Positions 1-10,639 of a stretch of 64,000 nt of DNA are shown piece after piece. The notes under the pieces are model-generated. The model had not been told where the DNA came from. It was given only the letters and a program-made list of their open reading frames with translations, and ran no database searches. Each line of letters begins with the position of its first letter. Within the stretch, counting starts at the first letter, position 1. The stretch is from Lachnospiraceae bacterium (GTDB taxonomy: Bacteria > Bacillota > Clostridia > Lachnospirales > Lachnospiraceae). Location: assembly GCA_016281335.1 (NCBI GenBank), contig JAEEIK010000143.1, forward strand, positions 12,436 to 76,435. Direction: 5' to 3'. The translations under genes and the position numbers were made by a program.

Positions 1-2037
1 CAGTTTGACGGTGACGGCAAAGGTAATTATTCCGAACTGAAGCAGAAGAACATCGATACGGGTATGGGACTGGAGCGTCTGGCAGTTGTAGTACAGGATG
101 TGGACAGCGTATTTGATATCGATACCATGAAAGCCATAAGGGATAAGGTCTGTGAGATGGCGGGAGCTGTCTATCAGACGGACAATAAGAAGGATATCTC
201 AATAAGGCTTATCACAGATCATATCCGCTCTTCGACCTTTATGATCTCGGACGGCATACTGCCTTCAAATGAAGGAAGGGGCTATGTCCTGAGACGTATA
301 ATAAGAAGAGCTGCAAGACATGGAAGACTTCTGGGTATTAAGGGAGTATTCCTTTCGGAGCTGGCTAAGACAGTTATAGAAGGCAGTAAGGACGGTTATC
401 CGGAGCTTGAGGAAAAGAAGGATTTCATCCTCAATGTACTTACCCAGGAAGAAAACAAATTCGAAAAGACCATAGACCAGGGACTTTCGATCCTTACCGA
501 ACTGGAAGATAAGCTTAAGGCCGAAGGAAAGAAGGAGCTGTCCGGAGCTGATGCTTTCAGACTCTATGACACCTATGGTTTCCCGCTGGATCTGACTGCA
601 GAAATTATGGAAGAAAAAGGCTTCGGCGTGGATAACGCAGGTTTTGAGGCAGCCATGAAGGAGCAGAGGGAAAAGGCCAGGGCTGCAAGAAAGAATACCA
701 ATTACATGGGAGCGGATGCTACCGTATATGAGCAGCTGCCGGCTTCAATGAATACTGTATTTGACGGATATGACAAGCTTAAGACCGAAGCTAAGATAAT
801 GGCGATAACCGTTAGCAGTGATGATGAGACGACTCTGGAAGAAGCGATCAGCGACGGAATGAAGGGCTCGATCATCACCGACATCACCTGTTTCTACGGC
901 ACCATGGGCGGTCAGGTCGGAGACAGCGGTCTGATAGTATGCGGTGATTCGGTGTTTGAAGTAAGCGAGACTATACATGTTGCGGGATCCAAGATAGCGC
1001 ATGTCGGTGTGGTTAAGAGCGGAATGTTCAAGAACGGTGATACCGTTGAACTGAAAGTTGACGAGAAGCAGCGCCGTTACACCTGCAGAAACCATTCGGC
1101 TACGCACCTGATGCAGAAGGCATTAAGGGATGTGTTGGGAACCCATGTGGAGCAGGCCGGATCCTATCAGGATGCCTACAGGACAAGATTCGACTTCAGC
1201 CATTTCGGGGCTATGACAAAGGAAGAGATAAAGGCTGTTGAAGAAGCTGTCAATTCAAAAATAAATGATTCGATCCCGGTAGTCACCAAGGTGATGAGCA
1301 TCGAGGATGCAAAGAAGACCGGGGCTATGGCGCTCTTCGGAGAAAAATACGGCGATACTGTCCGCGTGGTGGAGATGGGAGATTATTCGGTAGAACTCTG
1401 CGGCGGTACCCATGTGGCAAATACCAGTCAGATAGGAAGCTTTAAGATACTTTCCGAATCCGGCGTCGCTGCGGGTGTCAGAAGGATCGAGGCCATAACC
1501 GGCACCAATGTCAACAGATATTATGAGGATCTGGAAGAGAAGATGCAGGAGATCTCAAAGGTGCTCAAGACCAAGCCGGAAGCGATAATGCAGAGGATTG
1601 AGCATCTGATGGCAGAAAACAAGAGCCTGCAGGGAGAGATAGATTCTCTTAAGAGCAAGGCGGCAAATGATGCCATGGGTGATATTTCAGATAAGATAAA
1701 GGAAGTAAAGGGTGTCAAATACGCTGCTGTTTCCGTAAAAGGCGTGGACATGAACGGCCTGAGGGAACTCGGTGACAATCTGAAAGCAAGCATGGGCGAA
1801 GGCGTAGCCGTAGTGGCAAGCGAAGCTGACGGAAAGGTAAATCTGGTAGTAACCGCGACTGACGGGGCAATTAAGGCAGGAGCTAATGCCGGAAGCATCA
1901 TTAAAGCCATTGCACCCATGGTAGGCGGAGGCGGCGGAGGAAAGCCGCAGATGGCCCAGGCCGGCGGTAAGAATCCTGCGGGCATAAGTGAGGCTCTGGC
2001 TGCTGTTGCCGGAGTGCTTGAAGGACTTGTAAAGTAA
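1..2037 (+). CDS. alaS: Alanine--tRNA ligase (5' end outside window)
   Basis: Frame is open from base 1 (QFDGDGKGNYSELKQKNIDTGMGLER). Motifs: DTGMGLERL, NEGRGYVLRRIIRRA, editing HSATHL and ELCGGTHV, C-terminal GGGGG..MAQAGG. Confidence 0.98.
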   Translation, partial: QFDGDGKGNYSELKQKNIDTGMGLERLAVVVQDVDSVFDIDTMKAIRDKVCEMAGAVYQTDNKKDISIRLITDHIRSSTFMISDGILPSNEGRGYVLRRIIRRAARHGRLLGIKGVFLSELAKTVIEGSKDGYPELEEKKDFILNVLTQEENKFEKTIDQGLSILTELEDKLKAEGKKELSGADAFRLYDTYGFPLDLTAEIMEEKGFGVDNAGFEAAMKEQREKARAARKNTNYMGADATVYEQLPASMNTVFDGYDKLKTEAKIMAITVSSDDETTLEEAISDGMKGSIITDITCFYGTMGGQVGDSGLIVCGDSVFEVSETIHVAGSKIAHVGVVKSGMFKNGDTVELKVDEKQRRYTCRNHSATHLMQKALRDVLGTHVEQAGSYQDAYRTRFDFSHFGAMTKEEIKAVEEAVNSKINDSIPVVTKVMSIEDAKKTGAMALFGEKYGDTVRVVEMGDYSVELCGGTHVANTSQIGSFKILSESGVAAGVRRIEAITGTNVNRYYEDLEEKMQEISKVLKTKPEAIMQRIEHLMAENKSLQGEIDSLKSKAANDAMGDISDKIKEVKGVKYAAVSVKGVDMNGLRELGDNLKASMGEGVAVVASEADGKVNLVVTATDGAIKAGANAGSIIKAIAPMVGGGGGGKPQMAQAGGKNPAGISEALAAVAGVLEGLVK

Positions 2038-2087
2038 GTACCAAACTGTTAAAATCATATTAATATTATTATCAGGAGGAAGCATTT

Positions 2088-3326
2088 ATGTACGATATCG
2101 AGGAACTGCGCAGTGTGGACAGCGAGATAGCAAAAGCCATTGAGGATGAGCAGGCCAGGCAGAACAGCCATATAGAGCTTATCGCTTCGGAAAACTGGGT
2201 AAGCCATGCGGTTATGGCTGCCATGGGATCCGTACTTACCAATAAGTATGCCGAAGGTTATCCCGGAAAGCGTTATTACGGTGGCTGTGACTGTGTTGAT
2301 GTTGTTGAGACACTTGCGATAGAAAGAGCAAAGGAACTGTTTGGCTGCACCTATGCCAATGTACAGCCTCATTCAGGCGCACAGGCAAATCTTGCGGTAC
2401 AGTTTGCAATCTGCCAGCCCGGAGATACCATCATGGGCATGAACCTGGATCACGGCGGACATCTGACACACGGAAGCCCCGTTAATATTTCCGGTACATA
2501 TTTCAAGATAGTTCCTTACGGCGTAAATGATGAAGGTTTCATAGATTATGACGAGTTAAGACGCATAGCGCTTGAGTGCAAGCCCAAGATGATCATCGCC
2601 GGAGCAAGCGCATATGCAAGAACAATAGATTTCAAGAAATTCAGGGAAGTTGCTGATGAGGTTGGTGCCGTACTCATGGTGGATATGGCCCATATAGCAG
2701 GTCTGGTAGCAACAGGACTTCATCCTTCACCCATCCCTTATGCCGATGTAGTGACCACTACCACACATAAGACGCTCAGAGGACCCAGAGGAGGACTCAT
2801 CCTCTCCAGCGAGGAGAATGCCAAGAAGTATAAGTTCAATAAGGCTGTGTTCCCGGGAATCCAGGGCGGTCCTCTTATGCATGTGATAGCTGCAAAGGCT
2901 GTATGCTTTAAGGAAGCTCTTTCCGATGATTTCAAGGTATACTGCAAGGGTATAGTGGACAATGCCCAGGCTCTTTCCAAGGGACTGATGGACAGAGGGC
3001 TTAAGATAGTATCCGGCGGAACGGATAATCACCTGATGCTGCTTGATCTGACAAGCTTCGGACTGACCGGTAAGGAAGTGGAAGCATGGATGGATGAGGC
3101 TCATCTTACCGCAAATAAGAACACTATTCCCAATGATCCCCAGAAGCCCAATGTTACCAGCGGTATCCGTCTTGGTACTCCTTCGGTCACGAGCCGCGGA
3201 ATGAATACCGGGGATATGGATAAGATCGCCGAAGCCATCAGCCTTATCGTTAAGAATAAAGAGGCAGGCATAGAGGGAGCCAGAAAGATAGTAGACGAGC
3301 TTACTGCAAAGTATCCTTTAAAATAA
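2088..3326 (+). CDS. glyA: Serine hydroxymethyltransferase
   Basis: [24 protein letters not shown]-lysine motif [14 protein letters not shown]; RBS caggagg. Confidence 0.98.
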   Translation: MYDIEELRSVDSEIAKAIEDEQARQNSHIELIASENWVSHAVMAAMGSVLTNKYAEGYPGKRYYGGCDCVDVVETLAIERAKELFGCTYANVQPHSGAQANLAVQFAICQPGDTIMGMNLDHGGHLTHGSPVNISGTYFKIVPYGVNDEGFIDYDELRRIALECKPKMIIAGASAYARTIDFKKFREVADEVGAVLMVDMAHIAGLVATGLHPSPIPYADVVTTTTHKTLRGPRGGLILSSEENAKKYKFNKAVFPGIQGGPLMHVIAAKAVCFKEALSDDFKVYCKGIVDNAQALSKGLMDRGLKIVSGGTDNHLMLLDLTSFGLTGKEVEAWMDEAHLTANKNTIPNDPQKPNVTSGIRLGTPSVTSRGMNTGDMDKIAEAISLIVKNKEAGIEGARKIVDELTAKYPLK

Positions 3327-3332
3327 TACCGG

Positions 3333-4226
3333 ATGAATATATACAAACGATTGCTCTTTATTATCAATCCGCATGCCGGGATACACAGGAAGGACGAGCG
3401 TTTAAGTGAAATAATTCTCTGTTTTTCCGATCACGGTTATGAAACGGTAGTGTGTTTCACACGGGAGGGAGGCGATGCCACCCGCCTTGTGGAAGAGCAT
3501 GCATATGATGATATAGAGCTGATCGTGTGTATGGGCGGTGACGGTACGCTTAATGAAGTGATAACCGGCTGCCGCAAGATAAAATGGAATAAAGCGGTCG
3601 GTTATATACCTGCCGGTTCGACCAATGATTTCGCGTCTAGTCTCGGGCTTTCCTCCGACCCGGTGGAAGCTGCGGCGAATATCATGAAAGGACGGGCCAG
3701 GGAACTGGACATAGGTGAATTTAACGGCCGGACCTTTGTGTATACCGCATCCTGCGGAATGTTTACCAAAGTATCATATGAAACGCCCCAGAAGTACAAG
3801 AATGTACTGGGGCATTTTGCGTATATTCTGGAAGGGATCAAAGAGCTGCCTTCGACCCAGGCTATGCATATGAGAATACTTGCGGAGGGTAATGTCTATG
3901 AAGATAATTATCTCTTTGTTACGATATGCAACACCTTTTCACTGGGCGGAGTGATGACACTTGGCAGGGACCAGGTGATGCTGGATGACGGACTGTTCGA
4001 ACTGCTGCTGATCTCCCAGCCCCACGATCTTATACAGCTCAACAATATCATAAACTGCCTGCGTGAGCACAGATATGATTCGCCGAATATAACTTTCTGC
4101 AGGACCGATCAGGCTACGATATCCTGCTCTAAGTCACCCGACTGGGCCTTAGACGGAGAGAAGGGTGAGGGCATGGTAATGAACCGCTTCAGTGTGATAC
4201 CGGGCGGGATAAGGATGATATACTAA
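3333..4226 (+). CDS. Diacylglycerol/lipid kinase family protein (YegS/BmrU-like)
   Basis: INPHAG, GGDGTLNEV, PAGSTNDFA and DGE motifs. Confidence 0.92.
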   Translation: MNIYKRLLFIINPHAGIHRKDERLSEIILCFSDHGYETVVCFTREGGDATRLVEEHAYDDIELIVCMGGDGTLNEVITGCRKIKWNKAVGYIPAGSTNDFASSLGLSSDPVEAAANIMKGRARELDIGEFNGRTFVYTASCGMFTKVSYETPQKYKNVLGHFAYILEGIKELPSTQAMHMRILAEGNVYEDNYLFVTICNTFSLGGVMTLGRDQVMLDDGLFELLLISQPHDLIQLNNIINCLREHRYDSPNITFCRTDQATISCSKSPDWALDGEKGEGMVMNRFSVIPGGIRMIY

Positions 4227-4245
4227 AAGACAGGAGGGGTTACAT

Positions 4246-5841
4246 ATGAAACTTGAATTTGTCGGCGCCGATCATGAGGTGACAGGCAGCTGTCATTATC
4301 TTAATGCAAACGGAAAGCACATACTCCTTGATTACGGTATGGAACAGGGAACGGATGTATTTGAATCGGTGGACCTGCCCGTTGAAGAGGGGCTGATAGA
4401 TTATGTCATACTTTCACATGCCCACATAGATCATTCGGGCTTGCTCCCGCTCTTGTATTCAAGAGGTTTCAGAGGACAGATAATGGCTACTGAGGCCACC
4501 TGCGATCTGTGTTCCATAATGTTACGAGACTGTGCTCATATACAGATGCAGGAAGCTGAGTGGAAGAACCGCAAGGCGAAGAGAAGCTCCGATGCGACGG
4601 TGGAGCCACTATATACGATGGAAGATGCGGATGCAACGATAAGGAGACTGGTGCCCTTTCAGTATGATGAGATATATGATCTTTGCGAGGGTGTAAAATT
4701 CCGTTTTACTGATGTGGGACATCTTCTCGGATCCGCCAGTATAGAAGTATGGGTGACAGAACAGAATGTCACGAAGAAGATAGTCTATTCCGGCGATATA
4801 GGAAATAAAAAGGGAACGCTTATCAAGGATCCCGCTTATGTCAAAGGTGCAGACTATGTGATAATGGAGTCTACCTACGGCAACCGTTATCATACACAGA
4901 CCAGGCCTGATTATGTGGTCGAACTGGCAGAGGTGATAGGAAAGACTTTGAAGCGCGGCGGCAATGTTGTGATACCTTCATTTGCCGTAGGACGTACCCA
5001 GGAAATGCTTTATTATATAAGGGAGATCAAGGAACGTAAGCTGGTCAGCGAGATACCTGATTTTCCGGTATATGTGGACTCGCCGCTGGCGGTGGAAGCT
5101 ACGGAAGTGTTCAGAAGGAATATTAAGAACTGCTTTTCGGAAGAAGCATTGGAACTGGTAAGCAGGGGCATCAATCCTCTGACTTTCCCAGGCTTGTATT
5201 TGAGTATTACAAGTGATGAGTCAAAGATGATCAACTTTGACAACGAACCGAAGGTGATAATCTCTGCTTCGGGTATGTGTGAGGCAGGACGTATCAGGCA
5301 TCATTTGAAGCATAATCTGTGGCGGCCGGAATCAACCATACTCTTTGTCGGTTATCAGGCGGTTGGTACGCTGGGACGTATAATAATCGAAGGAGAGAAG
5401 GAAGTAAAACTCTTCGGTGAGACTATTGAGGTAAGAGCCGAGATAAAGCAGTTGGCGGGCATGAGCGGACACGCCGATAAGGCAGGGCTGATCGAGTGGA
5501 TACAGAATATAGGAGACAAGCCGGATAAGGTATTCATAGTACACGGTGATGATGATTCTTCAAAGATGTTCGCAGAGTGCTTAAGAGGCGAGTACGGCTA
5601 TGATACTTATGTTCCTTACAGCGGAACCGTATTCGATCTGATGAGCGGCAGCTTCATACACGAGGCAGAGCCTGTACCGGTAAAGAAGAAGGTAAAGAGG
5701 CTTTCCGATATCTTCGCAAGGCTTGTTGCTGCGGGCCAGCGTCTCATGGCAGTCATATACAAGAACGAAGGAGGCGCAAACAAAGATCTGGCCAAATTTG
5801 CAGACCAGATCAATTCGCTTTCCGACAAGTGGGACAGATAA
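4246..5841 (+). CDS. MBL-fold beta-CASP ribonuclease family protein
   Basis: SHAHIDHSG, GHLLGSA, SGDIG, MESTYG, PSFAVGRTQE, SGHAD, VHG. Confidence 0.93.
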   Translation: MKLEFVGADHEVTGSCHYLNANGKHILLDYGMEQGTDVFESVDLPVEEGLIDYVILSHAHIDHSGLLPLLYSRGFRGQIMATEATCDLCSIMLRDCAHIQMQEAEWKNRKAKRSSDATVEPLYTMEDADATIRRLVPFQYDEIYDLCEGVKFRFTDVGHLLGSASIEVWVTEQNVTKKIVYSGDIGNKKGTLIKDPAYVKGADYVIMESTYGNRYHTQTRPDYVVELAEVIGKTLKRGGNVVIPSFAVGRTQEMLYYIREIKERKLVSEIPDFPVYVDSPLAVEATEVFRRNIKNCFSEEALELVSRGINPLTFPGLYLSITSDESKMINFDNEPKVIISASGMCEAGRIRHHLKHNLWRPESTILFVGYQAVGTLGRIIIEGEKEVKLFGETIEVRAEIKQLAGMSGHADKAGLIEWIQNIGDKPDKVFIVHGDDDSSKMFAECLRGEYGYDTYVPYSGTVFDLMSGSFIHEAEPVPVKKKVKRLSDIFARLVAAGQRLMAVIYKNEGGANKDLAKFADQINSLSDKWDR

Positions 5842-5850
5842 TAAATATAT

Positions 5851-6615
5851 TTACTTTTTCATCTTTAAGGGGGGATCCGCAGGATACCCTCCTTTTAATT
5901 TCTGCATGCCGCGTTGTACCGCATCCTTGGAATCTTTCCAGTCGGCATCTTTATTGCGGTAGTCAAATTTCTCGATAAGCCAGTTCACGTCTTCCTGAAG
6001 TCGATCGAGATTTCTTTCCATAAGAGGAAGAAGCATCGAATAGAATTCCTCAAGTTCATTTCCGGATAAGCGTCTGTCCGCGCCTGCGCAGAGATCGGCA
6101 AAGTGAGTAAGGCAGAAACCCTTTGAGGCTTTGATCCTGGTCCGGAAGCTCTCATCATCCCTGTAGAGAATGAAAAAAGTATCCAGGTAGCGTTCATATA
6201 TATCCCTGAAGTGATCGCAGATATAGCAGCTTTTTTCTTTCTGATCCACCCAGGCTACCAGCGGGTTGGAAGCTGTTTTGCCTTTTAGTTTATCCGCAAG
6301 GCTTACTTTGTTCCTGCCCGGAGCAAAGTGTTTTACTTCATTGGCAAATTCCTCACGTATCTTCATATAATGAGTCTTAAGTATCCAGCCGTTTCCGAGG
6401 GTATTGCCGTAATCAAACATCTTTTTAAAATGTTCGCGGCAGAAGCCTTTTTTATCGGTGACTTCCCTGACATCACTCTCCATATAGGAGGCGCAGCTGC
6501 CCAGGGCGAAATCCAGACTGTCCTGTTCAAGAGCTCTTTCAACAAAACAGAAAGGGCATTCATCGGCAGCATTGACCGCATCATTTAAAGGGATGGTATA
6601 GAGCTGTTCTTTCAT
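5851..6615 (-). CDS. Conserved hypothetical Cys/His-rich protein (DUF6062-like)
   Basis: Two CPFC/CYIC plus GFCxxHF modules; RBS on the minus strand; family recalled from the MKEQLYTIP start. Confidence 0.7.
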   Translation of the reverse strand: MKEQLYTIPLNDAVNAADECPFCFVERALEQDSLDFALGSCASYMESDVREVTDKKGFCREHFKKMFDYGNTLGNGWILKTHYMKIREEFANEVKHFAPGRNKVSLADKLKGKTASNPLVAWVDQKEKSCYICDHFRDIYERYLDTFFILYRDDESFRTRIKASKGFCLTHFADLCAGADRRLSGNELEEFYSMLLPLMERNLDRLQEDVNWLIEKFDYRNKDADWKDSKDAVQRGMQKLKGGYPADPPLKMKK

Positions 6616-6704
6616 GGGAATCTCCTTATATTGATAGTTTTATTTTGAATATTATAACATAGTTTGCAGAGTTGTTGATTATTTGTTATAATTCGCAGGT
6701 GATA

Positions 6705-6751
6705 CCTCATCCGTCAGCCTACGGCTGACACCTTCACCTCAAGGGGAAGGC
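6705..6751. repeat. REP-like twin-hairpin intergenic repeat, copy 1
   Basis: cctcatcc-gtcagcc tac ggctgac-a-ccttcacc tcaa ggggaagg; homologous to 13758-13805. Confidence 0.8.
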
Positions 6752-6774
6752 TGAAAATTATTGGGAGAAGGATA

Positions 6775-7275
6775 ATGGATACTTATATCGAATATATGGT
6801 AAAGAAAAAGACTACAGCGGGGGATATGGCTATAAGATATGTCTGCATGTTCCTGATAATACTGTCGGCGGTGGGAGCTATCATCGTGATGTATCCTATT
6901 CTGCTTGTGGTGACGGTCGGACTGTGGGCAGCATACAGGTATCTGGTATTTCCGCTTACTGACATAGAGTATGAATACCTCTATGTAGACAGGACACTTA
7001 CGGTCGATAAGATAATGGCCAAAGAAAAAAGAAAGACCGTTGCAACTTATGAGATCGACAGGCTTGAGATACTCTGTCCGGCGGATTCCTACAGACTGGG
7101 AGAGTTCAAGAACAGGGAATTAAAAACTCTTGATTACAGCAGCGGCAAGGAAAACACCGAAGATAAACGTTATGTGATGATTTATGAGGGTGGACTGAAA
7201 ATTGTACTTGATTTAACAAAAGAATTTGTTAAAATAATACAAAACAATTCACCGAGAAAGGTATTTTTCGATTAA
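6775..7275 (+). CDS. Conserved membrane protein (DUF6106-like)
   Basis: Two N-terminal hydrophobic segments followed by EYEYLYVD..L.VDKIM.K..RK. Confidence 0.7.
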   Translation: MDTYIEYMVKKKTTAGDMAIRYVCMFLIILSAVGAIIVMYPILLVVTVGLWAAYRYLVFPLTDIEYEYLYVDRTLTVDKIMAKEKRKTVATYEIDRLEILCPADSYRLGEFKNRELKTLDYSSGKENTEDKRYVMIYEGGLKIVLDLTKEFVKIIQNNSPRKVFFD

Positions 7276-8754
<1,479 letters not shown>

Positions 8755-8779
8755 TAAAAGGAAAAACCAATGAGATTTC

Positions 8780-8818
8780 TTATAGCACAGGAGCGTATCC
8801 TGTGCTATAATTATTTTT
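8780..8818 (+). terminator. Intrinsic terminator after guaB; right arm contains an extended -10 box
   Basis: Perfect 13-bp inverted repeat ttatagcacagga/tcctgtgctataa followed by ttattttt; TGcTATAAT at 8803-8811. Confidence 0.7.
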
Positions 8819-8862
8819 GATGCGGTCAGAGAGGCTAACGCTTTTTATGGGGGAACTGATCA

Positions 8863-9708
8863 ATGAAGGCTGACAGGAAATATCTGATCTTTATGGGCAT
8901 CATAATATCGCTGCTGATCATAACTCTTGTTGCCGTTATAATAGACCAGCGAAGGTACGAGGTAAGAAGGGAGAAAGAGAAGCAGGAGGAAGAAGAACGG
9001 GAACTGGAGAGGAAAAAGACCATAGCGGCGCTGTTTGAAAAAGAAGTTTCGGAAGAAGAGTCTGAGAAAGAACCGGGCGTGGAAGAAACGGAAACGATAA
9101 AGGAAAGACGCGAGACAGAAGTTAAAGGCAAGCGCATGATAGGAGCTGATCCGGACCTGGAAGGTGAAATACTGAAGGTTGAGGATCTTCCGGAAAATAT
9201 ATTATTTGTCGGTGATTCCAGGACTGTGGGCATGCATTGGGCAGTAGGAAAGAATAAGTACAAATGGATCGCTGAGGCAGGCATGGGCTACGGTTGGCTT
9301 GCCGGTACGGCGGGACCGATGATCTCGGTAAGCGCCAATGCAGGGGTAAAGCTGGTATTTAATCTCGGGGTAAATGATCCGGGAAATGCGGGAAAGTATG
9401 CCGAATACATAAATAAACGCATTGATAAATGGGATAAGGCAGGAGTGAAAGTATACTATGCTTCAGTGAATCCTGTTATTGACGGATACAGCAACGCTAC
9501 CAATGAAAAGGTGGATGCCTGCAATGAGATACTTAAAAGAGAACTTGATGAGAGGGTAGGCTGGATAGATACCAATACTTACCTGTTTGAGAGAGGCTTC
9601 AATACGGTTGACGGGCTTCACTATGATGAGGATACTTACAGGGCGATATACGGGTATATATTGACAAAGATAGAAGAGGAAGAAGCGAATGACGCACAGA
9701 CTGAATGA
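8863..9708 (+). CDS. Membrane-anchored SGNH/GDSL hydrolase-like protein
   Basis: N-terminal TM helix, charged linker, block I FVGDSRT, block III NLGVND, block V DGLHY. Confidence 0.75.
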   Translation: MKADRKYLIFMGIIISLLIITLVAVIIDQRRYEVRREKEKQEEEERELERKKTIAALFEKEVSEEESEKEPGVEETETIKERRETEVKGKRMIGADPDLEGEILKVEDLPENILFVGDSRTVGMHWAVGKNKYKWIAEAGMGYGWLAGTAGPMISVSANAGVKLVFNLGVNDPGNAGKYAEYINKRIDKWDKAGVKVYYASVNPVIDGYSNATNEKVDACNEILKRELDERVGWIDTNTYLFERGFNTVDGLHYDEDTYRAIYGYILTKIEEEEANDAQTE

Positions 9709-10639
9709 CGGGATACAGGAGCTGGTAGAGCTGTATCTGAATGATTATGAGGGAGGGAAAGATATCGACAGAGTCGATACTTTTGATCATCCCGATGAGG
9801 ATAAGATAAGAGACATACTGGATAAGTTAAGGCGCATTATTTTCCCCGGGTATTTCAAGAACCCGAGTTTTAAAGTATATACCGTCAGAAACCATATCTC
9901 AATGCAGCTGGAGGATGTGGTGTTCCACCTGATCAAGCAGATATGTATAGTTCTGGGATATTCGGATGAACACAAGGGTAAGAGTTCGGAAGAACTGGAG
10001 AATGCTGCAGAGGAGATCGCTTTTGAATTCCTGAAAAAGATACCTAAGATAAGGGAGTATATAGAGACTGATGTACAGGCGGCTTTTGACGGGGATCCGG
10101 CTGCCTTTTACAAGGATGAGGTGATATTCTCGTATCCCGGACTTTATGCCATCTTTGTAAACCGCGTGGCACATGAACTGTATCTTCTGGGAGTGCCGCT
10201 GATACCGCGTATCATGACAGAACATGCGCATTCGCTGACGGGTATAGACATCAACCCCGGAGCTACAATAGGAAAGTATTTCTTTATAGACCACGGTACC
10301 GGAATTGTGGTCGGTGAGACCACAACGATAGGAGATAACGTAAAGATATACCAGGGAGTAACGCTGGGAGCTCTTTCTACCAAGGGCGGAAGAAGCCTGA
10401 ATAATAAGAAACGTCATCCGACCATAGAGGATAATGTGACGATCTATTCGGGAGCTTCGATTCTGGGCGGTGATACGGTAATAGGTAAAGGCGCCGTAAT
10501 AGGCGGTAACTGCTTTATCACCCAGTCCGTGCCTGCAGGCGCAAAGGTGAGCATACGCAACCAGGAACTGGTCTACAATTACGAAAAAGGAAAGCACAAA
10601 GAGGAGCTGGATGATGACAACTGGTTCTACATCATCTGA
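9689..10639 (+). CDS. cysE: Serine O-acetyltransferase (CysE/EpsC family)
   Basis: GDPAA, YPG, TGIDINPGATIG..FFIDHGTGIVVGET, YQGVTLG, KRHPTI. Confidence 0.88.
   Translation: MTHRLNDGIQELVELYLNDYEGGKDIDRVDTFDHPDEDKIRDILDKLRRIIFPGYFKNPSFKVYTVRNHISMQLEDVVFHLIKQICIVLGYSDEHKGKSSEELENAAEEIAFEFLKKIPKIREYIETDVQAAFDGDPAAFYKDEVIFSYPGLYAIFVNRVAHELYLLGVPLIPRIMTEHAHSLTGIDINPGATIGKYFFIDHGTGIVVGETTTIGDNVKIYQGVTLGALSTKGGRSLNNKKRHPTIEDNVTIYSGASILGGDTVIGKGAVIGGNCFITQSVPAGAKVSIRNQELVYNYEKGKHKEELDDDNWFYII

Noticed and set aside
5867-5894. GC-rich hairpin resembling a bidirectional terminator
   Set aside because: It lies inside the 3' coding region of the minus-strand gene and the stem is imperfect; a terminator role cannot be supported, though not excluded.
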